A DNA stretch of 64,000 bases from Octopus vulgaris (Eukaryota). A program made the position numbers and the translations under genes. Under the pieces are notes generated by a model. It did not search any database and had not been told where the DNA came from. It was given only the letters and a program-made list of their open reading frames with translations. Location of the stretch: the NCBI GenBank assembly GCA_951406725.2, contig OX597822.1:2852001-2916000 (forward strand). The letters run 5' to 3'. Below are positions 26,430 to 39,389 of this stretch, piece after piece (the first letter of the stretch is position 1; each line of letters starts with the position of its first letter).

Positions 26430-26757
26430 CCTTCCTGTCTCCCCCATGTTTGTTTCGTTCGGTTTTCTTGTATGTTTCCAATGTCCTGTTTGTGTTCCCA
26501 ACTCTGACCCTCGATAAATCCCAATTTTATTTTGGTACTTATGGGAGCAACTGTCTTCGAACGAAGGCTCATAATGTCGTTCAATGCTCGAATTAAGGAG
26601 TAGATAGACAGCCAACAACTGAACGAAGGATCGTTCTTTATGTTACTTGTCCTGTTCTCCATTTGTTTCTCTCGTTGTTTGCGTATTGAACTCATTGTTT
26701 TCGTATTTCATGTTGTTTACTGATGGTGACGTCCTGTACCAATACATGCATGTGTGA

Positions 26758-26847
<90 letters not shown>

Positions 26848-26848
26848 G

Positions 26849-27108
26849 AATCTTTTCGGTTTGAACGGCAGTTTTTTCTAGCGGTGTCATATGAAATAGT
26901 CACCCATTATTATGGCCTTAGTATCAATCTATTACATTTCAATCTATTTTAGGGTTAGTTAGGGTTAGGGTTAGGGGATGGGGGGAAGGGTATCTTTTTT
27001 CTTTACAAATGCAAATAAACCCAATCTGTTTCTTAAACGAGGGACATATTCATACGGCACAGAATGTTGTTTACCTCAATGGACGTCAGTGATTGGTTGA
27101 AATTGCAT
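26849..27108. mobile_element. Truncated second copy of the TTAGGG-bearing MITE
   Basis: Closely matches 25981-26262. Confidence 0.85.
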
Positions 27109-27300
27109 CTTTGTTCCAAAATTTCATTTTTGCAGGGCTTCGTGATACACAATATTTTTGGTTTTGCCTTGGGCGCATAGATGAATAAATTTTCTGGATT
27201 TCCAACTCTAGAGCATCCGACATAGAGCTGTTCTGTGAGAAAAAACAGGATTGGGACACACTTATTAAATACGTTCTGGAATCAAAAATTCAATCAGAAT

Positions 27301-27392
<92 letters not shown>

Positions 27393-28105
27393 CTATGCCT
27401 ACCAAATCCATTCATAAGGATTTGTTTGGTCCGGCTCTATAATAGAAGACACTCGTGGAATGACCCGTACAGTGGGGCTGAACCTAAAATCACGCGGTTG
27501 GAAACCAAGTTTGTTACTCACGCAAGCACACTAACTTGTTCTTTATAATTATGGTCCACAACAAACAAATGAATGCCAAAATCTTCTTAATACCATCCAG
27601 GGATTTCATGTGATTATTGTTGAAACTTTTCACCTGACAACTTATTTAAAACAATTATAAGTAAAGTGGCTTTCGAACTTAAGCTAGGTGTAACGAATGA
27701 AATAACAGGAAATGACCTAAAAGATACCCTGTCAACAATGGCGTAGACTGGTGTGAGGTGTGAGGTGTTCCAGGCGCACAGAGTGGCCACTTTATGTGTG
27801 TGCATGAGTGTGTGTGTATGTGTGTGTGTCCATGTGTATGCGTGCGTGTGTGTGTTTGCTGTACTGTAGTCGAAGTCATGATAACGTTTAAGAACAGAAG
27901 TGGTCGCTTTGGTTACGGCACGGAGCGGACAAACCCTAAGCTACGCATCTCGTAGTCAAAGTGCACAAAAATTACATGATATAAATCCGTTGATCTCAAA
28001 CGGGGCTCACATAACCTTTGGGGGTCTGTATAAGATTTTGTTGTTAAAATTTTACGTGGAATAAACAAGTTATATTTCTACAATACGTAAAATATTTTAA
28101 CAATT

Positions 28106-28178
28106 TCCTCAATAGTATAGTATGTAAGTGTCCCTACCTCTCGCGCGGGGGACCGGAGTTCGATTTCCCGCCGGGAAG
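28106..28178 (+). pseudogene. tRNA-Asp-derived pseudogene
   Basis: TCCTCAATAGTATAGTATGTAAGTGTCCCTACCTCTCGCGCGGGGGACCGGAGTTCGATTTCCCGCCGGGAAG aligns end to end with the canonical metazoan tRNA-Asp(GTC); acceptor and anticodon stems broken; anticodon position reads CTC. Confidence 0.75.
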
Positions 28179-28207
28179 TCTTCAATGTACCTTTCTTTAT
28201 TGGTGGA

Positions 28208-28362
28208 GGCGTAGCGCTGTGGTAAGAAAATTGCTTCTGAACCACATGTTTCAGGGTTCAGTCTCACTGCGTAGCACCTTGGGTATGTGTCTTCTACGAT
28301 AGTCTCAGGCTGACCAAAGACTTGCGAGTGAATTTGGTAGAAATTGAAAGAAACCCGTTGTT

Positions 28363-28398
<36 letters not shown>

Positions 28399-28620
28399 TG
28401 TCTTTGGGACTATATTTGTCCCCTACTACCGTTTGACAACCGGTGTTGTGCTTACGTCCACGTAACTTAGTGACTCGGCAAAAGAGAGTCCGATAGAATA
28501 AGTACCAAGCTTGACAAAACAATGAAAGTACTGGTGTTGATTTGTTCGACTAAAATTCTTCAAGGCGGTGCCCCAGCATGGCCGCAGTCTAATGACTGAA
28601 ACAAGTAAAAGATAAAAACG
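28208..28620 (+). mobile_element. SINE family A
   Basis: Full head, body and tail motifs. Confidence 0.85.
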
Positions 28621-28659
28621 ATAAAATTCTGTTGGCCGATTTCGTACCACACCCTCTTT

Positions 28660-29550
28660 CTTATCCAACAATGCCTACTTATATGTAGACAACATGACCC
28701 TTTATTCTCCAAAACTTTCACCAATCATATGTCATCCAGAAGACATCATATTTCAAACCTACATTGATTCCATAAACGTCGATTAGGGCTTCTTTCAGTG
28801 GAGCCAAACCAACTTTATTTCAATAGCTAAAAAAAAAAAAAAAAAAAAGCAAAAACAAACTCAAGCACTACTTATATAAAAAAACTCACTGAGAAACCAG
28901 ATCCCAGTTAAACATGCGCATCGCTTAGCTAGAACCCTCACTGCTTCTATCACTGAAGATCTCTCGTGTCGAAATCACATCCTTAGTATAGCTGGATAGG
29001 ACAGCATCTTAAAGACTGCACCTATTCTTCAGGACCAGAAAATATTTCATCCGCAATAGCTGATGGCATTCCAAAAGGGTCAAGCGAGGCCCACAATGGC
29101 GTAATACTTGCACATTTGGCACAGGCATCCTGGGTCGTGTCTAGAGACGAGCCACACTGCTAATTGATATTTCATCACTAACAGACACGCTCCAGCTCCT
29201 GGTTCACAAGCATGCTGTCTCCTCTCTCTACGCATGCGCCCTGTTTTTGTGAGCGGGCTGATTTCTACCTTTACCCCTTAGGCACTCCTGACCCACTTGT
29301 CTTTAATATGTCATCACACTTTGTGTGTCCAACCTCTCGGGCTTCCACTGACATCTTTTCTCCTGAGTGCTCTTTTCCCTCAGAACATTGTTCTCAAGGA
29401 ATCTTCTCACTGTCTTTGACTTTTCTGCAGGTTTGTATCTGCAAAATCTTAAATGGAACATTAATGGCATCAATCCCAATGGTCTCTGAGGGCCTGAAAG
29501 CAACATAGGTACTGTCCCCTACAGATTCAATAAATAAATAAAAAAAGAAA
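28660..29550 (+). mobile_element. Highly decayed CR1/L2/Jockey-type LINE RT 3' remnant
   Basis: Frameshifted traces of YADD-like (~28680), FN..KTQ, LSW..HI and QVRP.MEY..HIW-like (~29080-29120) motifs; A-rich end at 29529-29550. Confidence 0.5.
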
Positions 29551-29599
29551 TGCTGAATAGACTGTTTGTCAGAGATTCCAAAACTGTGTATTAAATCTT

Positions 29600-31500
29600 C
29601 GACGTAAACTTGTCAATTTCTGTACAAGACATCAGAAGATCAAGTTGAGGCGTATTAGAGTTAGTATGAGGGGGGAAATGGTAGATTTAACATGCAAACT
29701 GTATAGATGGAAGAACTAGAACAGAGTTTCTGCAAACATATTAAAGAAAAGCGATATGAAGTTAATAGAACAGAAATGGAAACAAGCATTAAGAAAAATG
29801 ACAAACAGAAAATACTCAGACCTAGTCATTTATAAGAAGATATAAGAAGATATAGGTTCAAGAATTTCACATTTTATAACTGGGAATTGAGGACACTGTA
29901 GAAAAAGTGTATGAGAAGTACATGCTCAGATGTCTGTCAAGTGACGTAACCCTAAAAAAAAGGCCAGGCCGTTCACAGCTAAAAGTTACCACCCAATAGC
30001 CTGATACAACATTATGTATAAGACGTAGTACTAGGTGCTTAATCATTGTACCGTTAACAATATTGTAACACCTGAGCCAGGAGAAGTAAGGACAGAAGTA
30101 TAGAGCAGATACTAATCAACAAAATAATGTAGCGAAAAAAGGAAAAAAATACCGGAATTGGCTTATAGTTTGGTAAGTATATTAACTACATGGGTAGAAT
30201 ATGAAAGCATTATTGTTAACTAAGTTCCACACCCACTATTCAAAACTTAATCAAAATACCTCAGTACTTCTCAGATGTGATAATAAGAGATTCATATCTG
30301 GCACCATACGTTACTAAAAAGGTATCTTGCGGGTGGGGGGGATAACTTGTTGGTACTGCTCTTTGTTAAGTTCGTCATAACTTCTCACAAAACCGCGTTT
30401 ACGAAAATGACTGCCTGAATCCGGAAACATGTCAAATTTTCTTTGTAAACAATCTGAAATTTTTGAGGCAGGTATTAACCACATCAAAAAGTTATTGGAT
30501 ATCCTTACGCAATATTCCATAGCAACTGAAGTGAAATTTGATGAGTTCGTATGTGAACTTTTCTGAAGGAAGGAAAAGAGGACTTGGGCTATACGAGAGC
30601 TTAAGTGATTCATGCAAAGGACTAGCTCCTCTGTGAAATATCAAACGGTTAGAAATATAACTCAGCATAAGATACTTTAACTGACAAGATGAAGGAATTA
30701 CTTAGTGTAAACTGATGCGCTATACGTTATTTGACTATCTCAAAAAAAAAAAAAATTGGGGGGGGGGAGAGCGCCGAATACTGAACAAATGAGAAACTTA
30801 CAGTGCTTATATCCTAGTCATGGATTTTCAGTTTTACACATTATATGTGACAACAGATTTGCATAAAAGCTTTAAAATGCTGGATCTCCTTGTTCCATAT
30901 AACAAGTGCTACACATACAACAGCATTGACGAACAAAAGAATATTGTGCTAGACTTAAAAACATGTCTTTCCATTTTACTAATAACTACCCTACAATGCA
31001 ATTGTAATACCAGTACTGATACAAACATTTGGTATACATAACAGATGTATATAGGAAATCCACTTCTTAAATATTTGAATTAGCAAGATCTAGGCATTAA
31101 GTTTCTCAAGAAATAGTGATATCAACAGGCTCTGTATCAGAAGGAACAAATGAAGAAGAAATTTAAGTTCAGCGCAGACAGCTTTAGAGTGATATATGGG
31201 ACCATTCAGACGGCACCTGAAGTACTCGGAGGAAAAAGGAACTATATTTTATATATCGGCTGAGGACAGCTCAAAAGATATTTATTTTTTCATGACTTCA
31301 TTTGCGGCCTGAAAATGACTGGAGAAGCGTGCCTCACTGGAAAGCTTAAATGATGCCAATGCTTAGGTTTCTTTCTTGTACATTTGTGCTTACTGCTAAC
31401 ATTAACCGTAGTTTTAAGACTTGAACTCCTGACTCTTACATGACGTTACATTTAGAAGGTTATGCTTGTGCAACACAAATGCAGGATATAGCTAGGAAAT
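29600..31500 (+). mobile_element. Highly decayed RT remnant (R4/Dong-like), interrupted by a mariner fragment
   Basis: Traces of YRPIAC..MYK (~29985-30020), EQILIN (~30103-30120) and GI..GD.L..LLF (~30321-30365) motifs. Confidence 0.4.
30380..30700 (-). mobile_element. Mariner transposase C-terminal remnant
   Basis: Minus-strand CGTATAGCCCA (YSP-like) followed by ..ASKISDCLQRKFDMFPD.., resembling a decayed mariner C-terminus (FFxSKxxDFYxRGIxxLPxRW). Confidence 0.4.
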
Positions 31501-31599
31501 GCTAAACGAACAAAAGCGAAGGTGAAGCCCTTAAACCCTCAAGGTACAATCGAAAATATCAATTATATCATTATTTCTAAGGCTGGCATTACAGATAAT

Positions 31600-31910
31600 A
31601 GGGCTCGCACTGGTACTCCGTTCGTTACTATGTGGTTTCGTTTCTACGATGTGGGTTCCAGTTGATCCGATCAATTAATTAGCCTGCTCGTGAAATTAAT
31701 GTGTAAGTGGCTGAGTATTTCACAGACACACGAACCCTTAACGTAGTTGTCAGGGGGATTCAGCGTGGCACAGAATGCGACAAGGCTGGCCCTTTGGAAA
31801 TACAGGTACATTTCATTTTTGCTGGCTGAGTGAACTGGAGCAACGAGAAATAAGTGTCTTGCTGAAGAACACAACGCACCGCCAAGGTCACTTAGCCATG
31901 CGCCTTCACT
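31600..31910 (-). mobile_element. SINE sharing the family C tail
   Basis: As 24770-25070. Confidence 0.7.
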
Positions 31911-32109
31911 TACAGATAACTAAAATTATCATTAATATTTTCTCACATGGCTGGCTGTTGCGAAAGTAATATACAATCCCCCTATGAGAAAGACTGCCTT
32001 TTAATAAATATGCGGAATATCTTGGATATTAAATGGATATATATATTATCATAAGAAGTAAAACATTCCCAACAAATTATGCACCAATTTTAAACGAGAC
32101 TTGAGAATT

Positions 32110-32706
32110 TGATTGCCGCTACATTCTGAGTTCTAATTCCGCTGAGATCGACTTTGCCTGTCATCCTTTCGGGGTCGATTAAATAAGTGCCAGTTACAGG
32201 GGTCGATATAATCGATTTAATCCGTTTGTCTGTCCTTGTTTGTCTCCTCTGTGTGTAGCCCCTAGTGGGCAGTAAAGAAATAAGAAACGTTAGCACGCCG
32301 GGCGAAATGTTTAGCAGTATTTCGTCTGGTGTTACGTCTTGAGTTCAAATTCCGCCGAGGTCGACTTTGCCTTTCATCCTTTCGAGGTTGATAAATTAAG
32401 TACCAGTTGTGTACTGGGGTCGATCTAATCGACTGCCCCACCTCTCCCCATAAATCTCGGGCCTTGTAGCTAGAGTAGAAAGGATTCTTAAGCATTGTTA
32501 CTTTAGTTGTATCGCAGTTGTTGTTATTACGCTTACTATTGTTATTTTTATGATAGTTGGTATTAATACATACTTGATTTATCGACCCCGAAAGGATGAA
32601 AGGCAAAGTCGACCTTGGCGGAATTTGAACTCAGAACGTAACGGCAGATGAAATACCGCTAAACATTTCGCCCGGCGTGCTAATGATTCTGCCAGCTCGC
32701 CGCCTT
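32110..32706. mobile_element. SINE family B cluster (two + copies, one - copy)
   Basis: 32110-32280 (+, Tx1-like tail), 32283-32487 (+), 32570-32706 (-). Confidence 0.85.
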
Positions 32707-33358
32707 GTAACAATGCTAAGAATAATAGAAAACAATCCAACAATGAAAAGAACGGTTACAGCCACTCTAATGACAAAAATAGGAAGTGTAACAACAACAG
32801 TAAGGACTACAGAAATAATAATAATGGAAATAGCAACAGTAATGATAACAGAAATAATAACGGGAATAACAATGACAAAGGCAATAGTTTATTGTAATAA
32901 CGTCAACCGAAGACTTAACATCATTAGCAACAGCATCAGCAAAGACAAGATTGAGAAGCGGAACAACAATAGTTAAAACCAGCAACTTTAGCAACAACAG
33001 CGTCACAACAATAACTATAACAGTAACAACAACAGCAACGCGGTTTCGATTCCCAGACTGGGCATTGTGAGTGTTTATTGAGCAAAAACACCTAAGGGTG
33101 TAAAGAAATAGGTATTTCGTCTGCCGTTACGTCCTGAGTTCAAATTCCGCCGAGGTTGACTTTGCCTTTCATCCTTTCGAGTTGGTGAACCCCGCTGTAC
33201 TCTTTCACCACAACTTTCTCTTACTCTTTCTTCCTACTTCTGTCACTAAGCAGAAGACCTATGGTGTAACCGATTATGGTGTGGTAAACTTTCAGACCCT
33301 AGTCTAGATTGCGAATCTTCTGTAACCTAGGATAGTTCAGCTCTCCACCCGTTAAAAG

Positions 33359-33382
33359 TTAGGGTTAGGGTTAGGGTTAGGG
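33359..33382 (+). repeat. Interstitial telomeric (TTAGGG)4
   Basis: GTTAGGGTTAGGGTTAGGGTTAGGGTT. Confidence 0.85.
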
Positions 33383-33540
33383 TTTACGGAATTAGGATAA
33401 CAACGTAGCTTTCGCGTCCGTGCAACCGCCATTCTATTGCGTATGGTGGGTGGATCTTTAAGTTGCCACACGCATTCTTAGTAGCTTAGAGTAGGCTCGA
33501 ATTAGAAATTATTCTTTGTGGCTAATGGCGTGAGTCCTGA

Positions 33541-33673
33541 GAAGAAGAAGAAGAAGAAGAAGAAGAAGAAGAAGAAGAAGAAGAAGAAGAAGAAGAAGAA
33601 GAAGAAGAAGAAGAAGAAGAAGAAGAAGAAGAAGAAGAAGAAGAAGAAGAAGAAGAAGAAGAAGAAGAAGAAG
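33541..33673. repeat. Perfect (GAA)n, ~44 units
   Basis: Direct reading. Confidence 0.95.
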
Positions 33674-34209
33674 ACAACGAATATAACAACGGTAACAGCA
33701 ACGACAGGAGTAAGAGCAAAAACAAAACAAAAATAATAACAGCAAAAGGCCAACAACAACAACAACAACAACGATAGTGAGAGAAGCAATAACAAGAAGG
33801 GTTGAAACGATAACAACAACAAAACCACCAAGGCCGATGATGTCAACAACATTGCTAGGATGTTGATGTGGGGTATAGATGGGCGAGGGTGTGGTAGATG
33901 TATCTAAAGGGTGAACTGAAAAGAAGGTGAGGTTGGACTGGGAACTGAAGCCAGCGGTGTATTTAGGGTGTGACAGTAGCATGGAGAACAAGCGGGATTT
34001 TTTCTTTTTTCTTTTGTTTTTTTCAGGGCGGGGCTGATAGGAAGGGCGACGTGTGTGTGTGTTTATGTTTCTGAGGCTATTTATAAATATATTTATTGCA
34101 CATGTATGTATATATGTATGTGTGCTTCTATGCACGTACGTATGTATGTCAGCCTGCCTGGCTGTCTGCTTGTCTATCAATCAATCTATCTATCTATCTT
34201 TCTATCTAC

Positions 34210-34246
<37 letters not shown>

Positions 34247-34248
<2 letters not shown>

Positions 34249-34457
34249 CTGTGATAACGATCCCTATTGATCAATTTTTTTTCCTCTCCCCCCTTTTTTA
34301 ACCCCCCCTTTTTTGTCCTCTTTCTCTCCTTTTACGATCCCTTTTGATCGAAACTCTCCCCTTTCTTTTTTTTTTTTTTTTTAAACCTTCAAAAGAAAAG
34401 CTCTACCTTGTAATTTGTTCTATCTGTGTGCAGCCCTGTGTGGCTAATAAAGAAACA

Positions 34458-34460
<3 letters not shown>
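34247..34460 (+). mobile_element. Fourth Tx1-like 3' UTR fragment in (TCTA)n
   Basis: ..AAGCTCTACCTTGTAATTTG..CAGCCCTGTGTGGCTAATAAAGAAACATAT flanked on both sides by (CTAT)n. Confidence 0.85.
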
Positions 34461-34535
<75 letters not shown>

Positions 34536-34547
34536 GCTATCTATTTA

Positions 34548-34579
<32 letters not shown>

Positions 34580-34781
34580 CCTATCTATTTATCTGTCTGT
34601 CTATCTACCTATCTATCTATCTAGCTAGCTATTTATCTATCTGTCTGTCTGTCTATGTATCGAACTACCTCGCTCTCTACCTCTCTGTATACACAGACAC
34701 ACACACACACACAAACACACACACAAACACACACAAATATTTGTACACAAATTGAGAGAGATATTCAGGCAAATAGATAAT

Positions 34782-34873
<92 letters not shown>

Positions 34874-35118
34874 CAGATATGAACCATGTAATATGTATAT
34901 TTATGTACTTATATATACTGGGAGAACCAGCGGACAAGCGTACGCAAGAACACACACACACGTGCGCGCGTCCGTATGTGTATGTATTTTGATATGCGTA
35001 TTACATACGTGTTATACATATTGTGAAGAAAACGTTAAAAGGTAAACATTGACGATCAAAGGGAGGGATATGTGTGTGAATGTTGTGATGTCTCTCCTCC
35101 CTTTCTGTCATCTACATA

Positions 35119-35149
<31 letters not shown>

Positions 35150-35164
35150 GTGTGTGTGTATGTA

Positions 35165-35605
35165 GGGCCAACCTTGTCACATTCTGTGTCACACAGAGTC
35201 TCCATGAGAACGACATAAAGGTTATGTGTGTTTGCAGAGGGCACGGCTAGTTTCACGTGCAGGCTGTTCCGTTCATCGGACTGGCTGGAACCTTCCTCGT
35301 ATCAAGCAGTCTGTTGGATGTTGTTATACACCGCTGGTCACAATGGGCTTCCTAGCACTGTTGCAGTTACTGAACGACGCCACCAAGCTGGCTAGGTGGG
35401 GGACAGGCCTACATTCCCACCACCACCACCACCACGAACGGAATGCCAGTTCGTGTGAGAGGATAAACCAGTTTACAACTGAATGGACCTGGGCAACGTA
35501 AAATGAAGTGTTTAGGCTGAAGGACACAAACACGGCGTCGGTCTGGTGATCGGAACCGCGATCTTGCGAATTGCGAGGGCAATACTCTTACCACTGAGCC
35601 ACGCA
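35165..35605. mobile_element. SINE C-related fragments
   Basis: Tail motifs on + (35165-35300) and a tRNA-like head on - ending at ~35605. Confidence 0.6.
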
Positions 35606-35640
35606 CCTACTTATCAGCACACACACACACACACACAAAT

Positions 35641-35805
35641 GGGTGCAGGTATGGCTGGGTGGTAAGAAGCTTGCTTCCCAACCACATGGTTCCTGGTTCA
35701 GTCCCACTGCGTGGCACCTTGGGCAAGTGTCGTCTACTTATAGCCCCGGTCCGACCAAAGCCTTGTAAGTGAACTTGGTTGATGGAAACTGAAAGAAGCC
35801 CATCG

Positions 35806-35854
<49 letters not shown>

Positions 35855-36024
35855 CTGTGTGTGTGTATGTGTCTGTGTGTGTGTATGTATGCATGTATAT
35901 ATATCACCGTGATCACCGTGAACGACCAGGCTATCTGATGTTACTACACATCGCTGGTCACAATGCACTTCGCATTGTTTTAGCCTTCAAATGACGCCAC
36001 CCTGCTGGCTAAGTGAGTAGGCCA

Positions 36025-36100
<76 letters not shown>

Positions 36101-36311
36101 TCGGGGTGAGTACTTGATAATTATAAGCACCTGTGTATACCGTTTGGTGGTGTAGGTGGTGGAGTAACACATGTCCTTGTGGAAGCTGTTGTGCGCGGCT
36201 GAAGAAGACCACAGACATACATTATGCATTGTTATAAATCTGTCTAATAAAGGCCCGAAACATATGTACCGCTGAATCCTTCGCATCATGTTTTTTATTT
36301 TATTTTGATCA

Positions 36312-36345
<34 letters not shown>

Positions 36346-36540
36346 CTGTGTTTGTCCCCGCCCCCATCAACGCTTGACAACCGGTATTGGTGTGTTGACG
36401 TCCCCGTAGTCTGTCAGTTCGGCAAAAGACATACATAATACGTCCTGCGGTAGAGTTGTTCGACTAAAAAAAAACCCTTTTAAAGCAGTGCTCCAGCATG
36501 GCCGCAGTCAAATGACTGAAACATGTAAAAGAATAAAGAA
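35641..36540 (+). mobile_element. SINE family A split by insertions into its central microsatellite
   Basis: 5' half 35641-35810, 3' half 36345-36540; between them TA/TG arrays, a SINE-C tail (35903-36027) and a hammerhead-bearing insert (36096-36314). Confidence 0.75.
36195..36272 (+). ncRNA. Minimal type-I hammerhead ribozyme in a 220-bp insert within (TA)n
   Basis: GCGG-CTGAAGA-AGACC-ACAGA..TCTGT..AGGCCC-GAAA-CATATG-TA-CCGC. Intact core, stem I GCGG/CCGC, palindromic ACATATGT stem III, GUA site; base of stem II imperfect. Confidence 0.72.
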
Positions 36541-36861
36541 TAAAGAATGTGTGTGTGTGTGTGTGTGTGTGTTAACAATGCGTTTTAAAATAGGGATGGA
36601 GCAACAACAACGAGTCATAGTAGTGGTGGCGGTGGCGATGCCAGGGTGGGGGGGTCTGAGAGGTGTTGGTATTGTTGCTGGTGACGATGCAGTATGGTGG
36701 TGGTGGTGGTGGTGGTGGTGGTGGTGATGGCTTGATAATGTTGAGAGTGGCGGCGAAGCTGGGTGTGGTGGTGGTGTTGTGGTGGTGGTGTTGTGGTGTT
36801 GTGAGGGTTGTCGTCGTAACAGCAAGAAAGTACAAGAGCGTGTGGAGAGGCTACGAAATGA

Positions 36862-36902
<41 letters not shown>

Positions 36903-36941
36903 GTGGGGGCAAAAACTAAGGATTCCAGATGAAAAGGTAGG

Positions 36942-37318
<377 letters not shown>

Positions 37319-38170
37319 GGAGAAAGAGATAGGATACACTAAAATAAAGGATGATAGTGATAATGATAATAACGATAAGGATAATCTTTTCTTTATTTAC
37401 CGCTAAGGCCTTATAAAACAACACAAAACAAAAACATTAAAAGGATAAAACGTGAATCAGACGCAGAGTTGGAAAGCAAACCAGATAAGTGAGAAGGAAC
37501 TGAGATAGAAGCTTTATTTGAATGTGATTATTGTGTATAAACATTTGTATGTATATGACATATATACATGTATATATAGAGTTTGGTAAGTGCCAACGCA
37601 CGACACTCTCGGCCCTTGAGTCACTCTGTTGCTTCGGGTTTGTATAATAAAAACATACTCAGACTCAGATTTTGCGATCTGTTTTTCCTGTTTGCATCAC
37701 CGAACCAACGTGTAGTTATATGTGTGTATGTATGTATTGTATGTATGTATGTATGTATGTATGTATGTATGTATGTATGTATGTATGTATGTATGTATGT
37801 ATGTATGTATGTATGTATGTATGTATGTATGTATGTATGTATGTATGTATGTATGTATGCATGTATGTATGTATAATGTGTGTATGTATATATGCATGTA
37901 TGGATGGACGTATGTTTGTATGTATGTATGGATGGATGGATGGATGGGTGGATGGGTGGATGGGTGGATGGGTGCATGTATGTATGTGCGTGCGTGCTCG
38001 CGTGTCTGTATGTATGTATGTTTGTGTGTATGTATCGTACATTTCATCCTCACGTTTTGTAAACAAACGATTATATTTCTGTAGGTATGAGTATATATGT
38101 ACTTCTGTGCATATGTAGGTGTGGGTTTACCTGTCTGTGAGAGAGAGAGGGAGAGAGGGAGAGGAAGAGA

Positions 38171-38210
<40 letters not shown>

Positions 38211-38229
38211 TTGTATATGTGTTTTTAAA

Positions 38230-38805
38230 GAGAAGAAAACAAGAAAAGAACTGAAGCGAGTTGGAGGTAACGGCGTGAGAGGTAAAAAAAAGAGAGAGGG
38301 TAAGAGTTTCGAGCGAAGAGAGAGTGAAAGGAGAAGGGAGTTGGAGAGCTATTACGGCGGTTGAGAGAGAGAGAAGCCGTAGAAAGAAAAAAAGCAGAAA
38401 GTTAGAGAGAGGAGGAATATAGTAAGATTAAAGAGAGTAAGAGAGAAGGCGGACGGAATAGGGGAAGAGGAATGGTAGAGCGAGAGTGAGAGAGTGAATG
38501 TGACAGGGGGAGGGGGCGACGAATGATAGAGAGAGGGAGGAAGAACCAAACTGGAGGGAAAATATCGAGTGTGAGGGGATGAGTAGGAGAGAGAGAAAAG
38601 CACTTTAGAATAAGAGGAGAGAGAAGAGAGAGAGAGAGAGAGAGTAAGAGTAAAGAGCGAAGGGGAGGAGAGGAAAGTGAAAGACAAAGAGAGCGAAGTA
38701 AAAGTCGATAGAAATGTAAATAAACAGTGGAGGGGGGGAGGAGGTGAAAGGTAAGAAATATGGAAAGAGAGAAAGAAAGAGTGTAAGAGAGACGAAGTGG
38801 GGAGC
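38230..38805 (+). repeat. ~570-bp purine-rich (GA) tract upstream of the Pc/CBX gene
   Basis: Direct reading. Confidence 0.8.
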
Positions 38806-38860
38806 ATGTATATATATACACATATATATGCATATATATGTATATATATATATATATATG

Positions 38861-38892
<32 letters not shown>

Positions 38893-38901
38893 TATATATG
38901 C

Positions 38902-38961
<60 letters not shown>

Positions 38962-39389
38962 GTATACATATATATATATATACATATATACATATATATA
39001 TGCATATATATATGTGTATATATATAAGTGTATATATATATTTATATATATATATATGTATATATATGTAGCTATATAAATTGAAAACTATATACTCATG
39101 AGTTCTATTTCTCCTGTTTGTTTCGCCAAACCTGTGTGTATGCATGTATGTATGTATGACTGTATATTCGTGTGTGTGTGTGTGTGTGTATGTGTGTGAA
39201 TGTATGCATGTGATGTATGCGAACGTATATATATTTGTGTGTGTGTAATATATATATATACTCGTGTTTTTTGCGTATGAAGAGATAAAGAGATACAAAA
39301 AGAAAAGAAAAGAAAGAAAGAAAGAGGGAGTGGTGGTGTGTGTGGGGGGGAGAGAGAAACGGATTGAGTGAGTGAGTGCGAGTGCGTGA

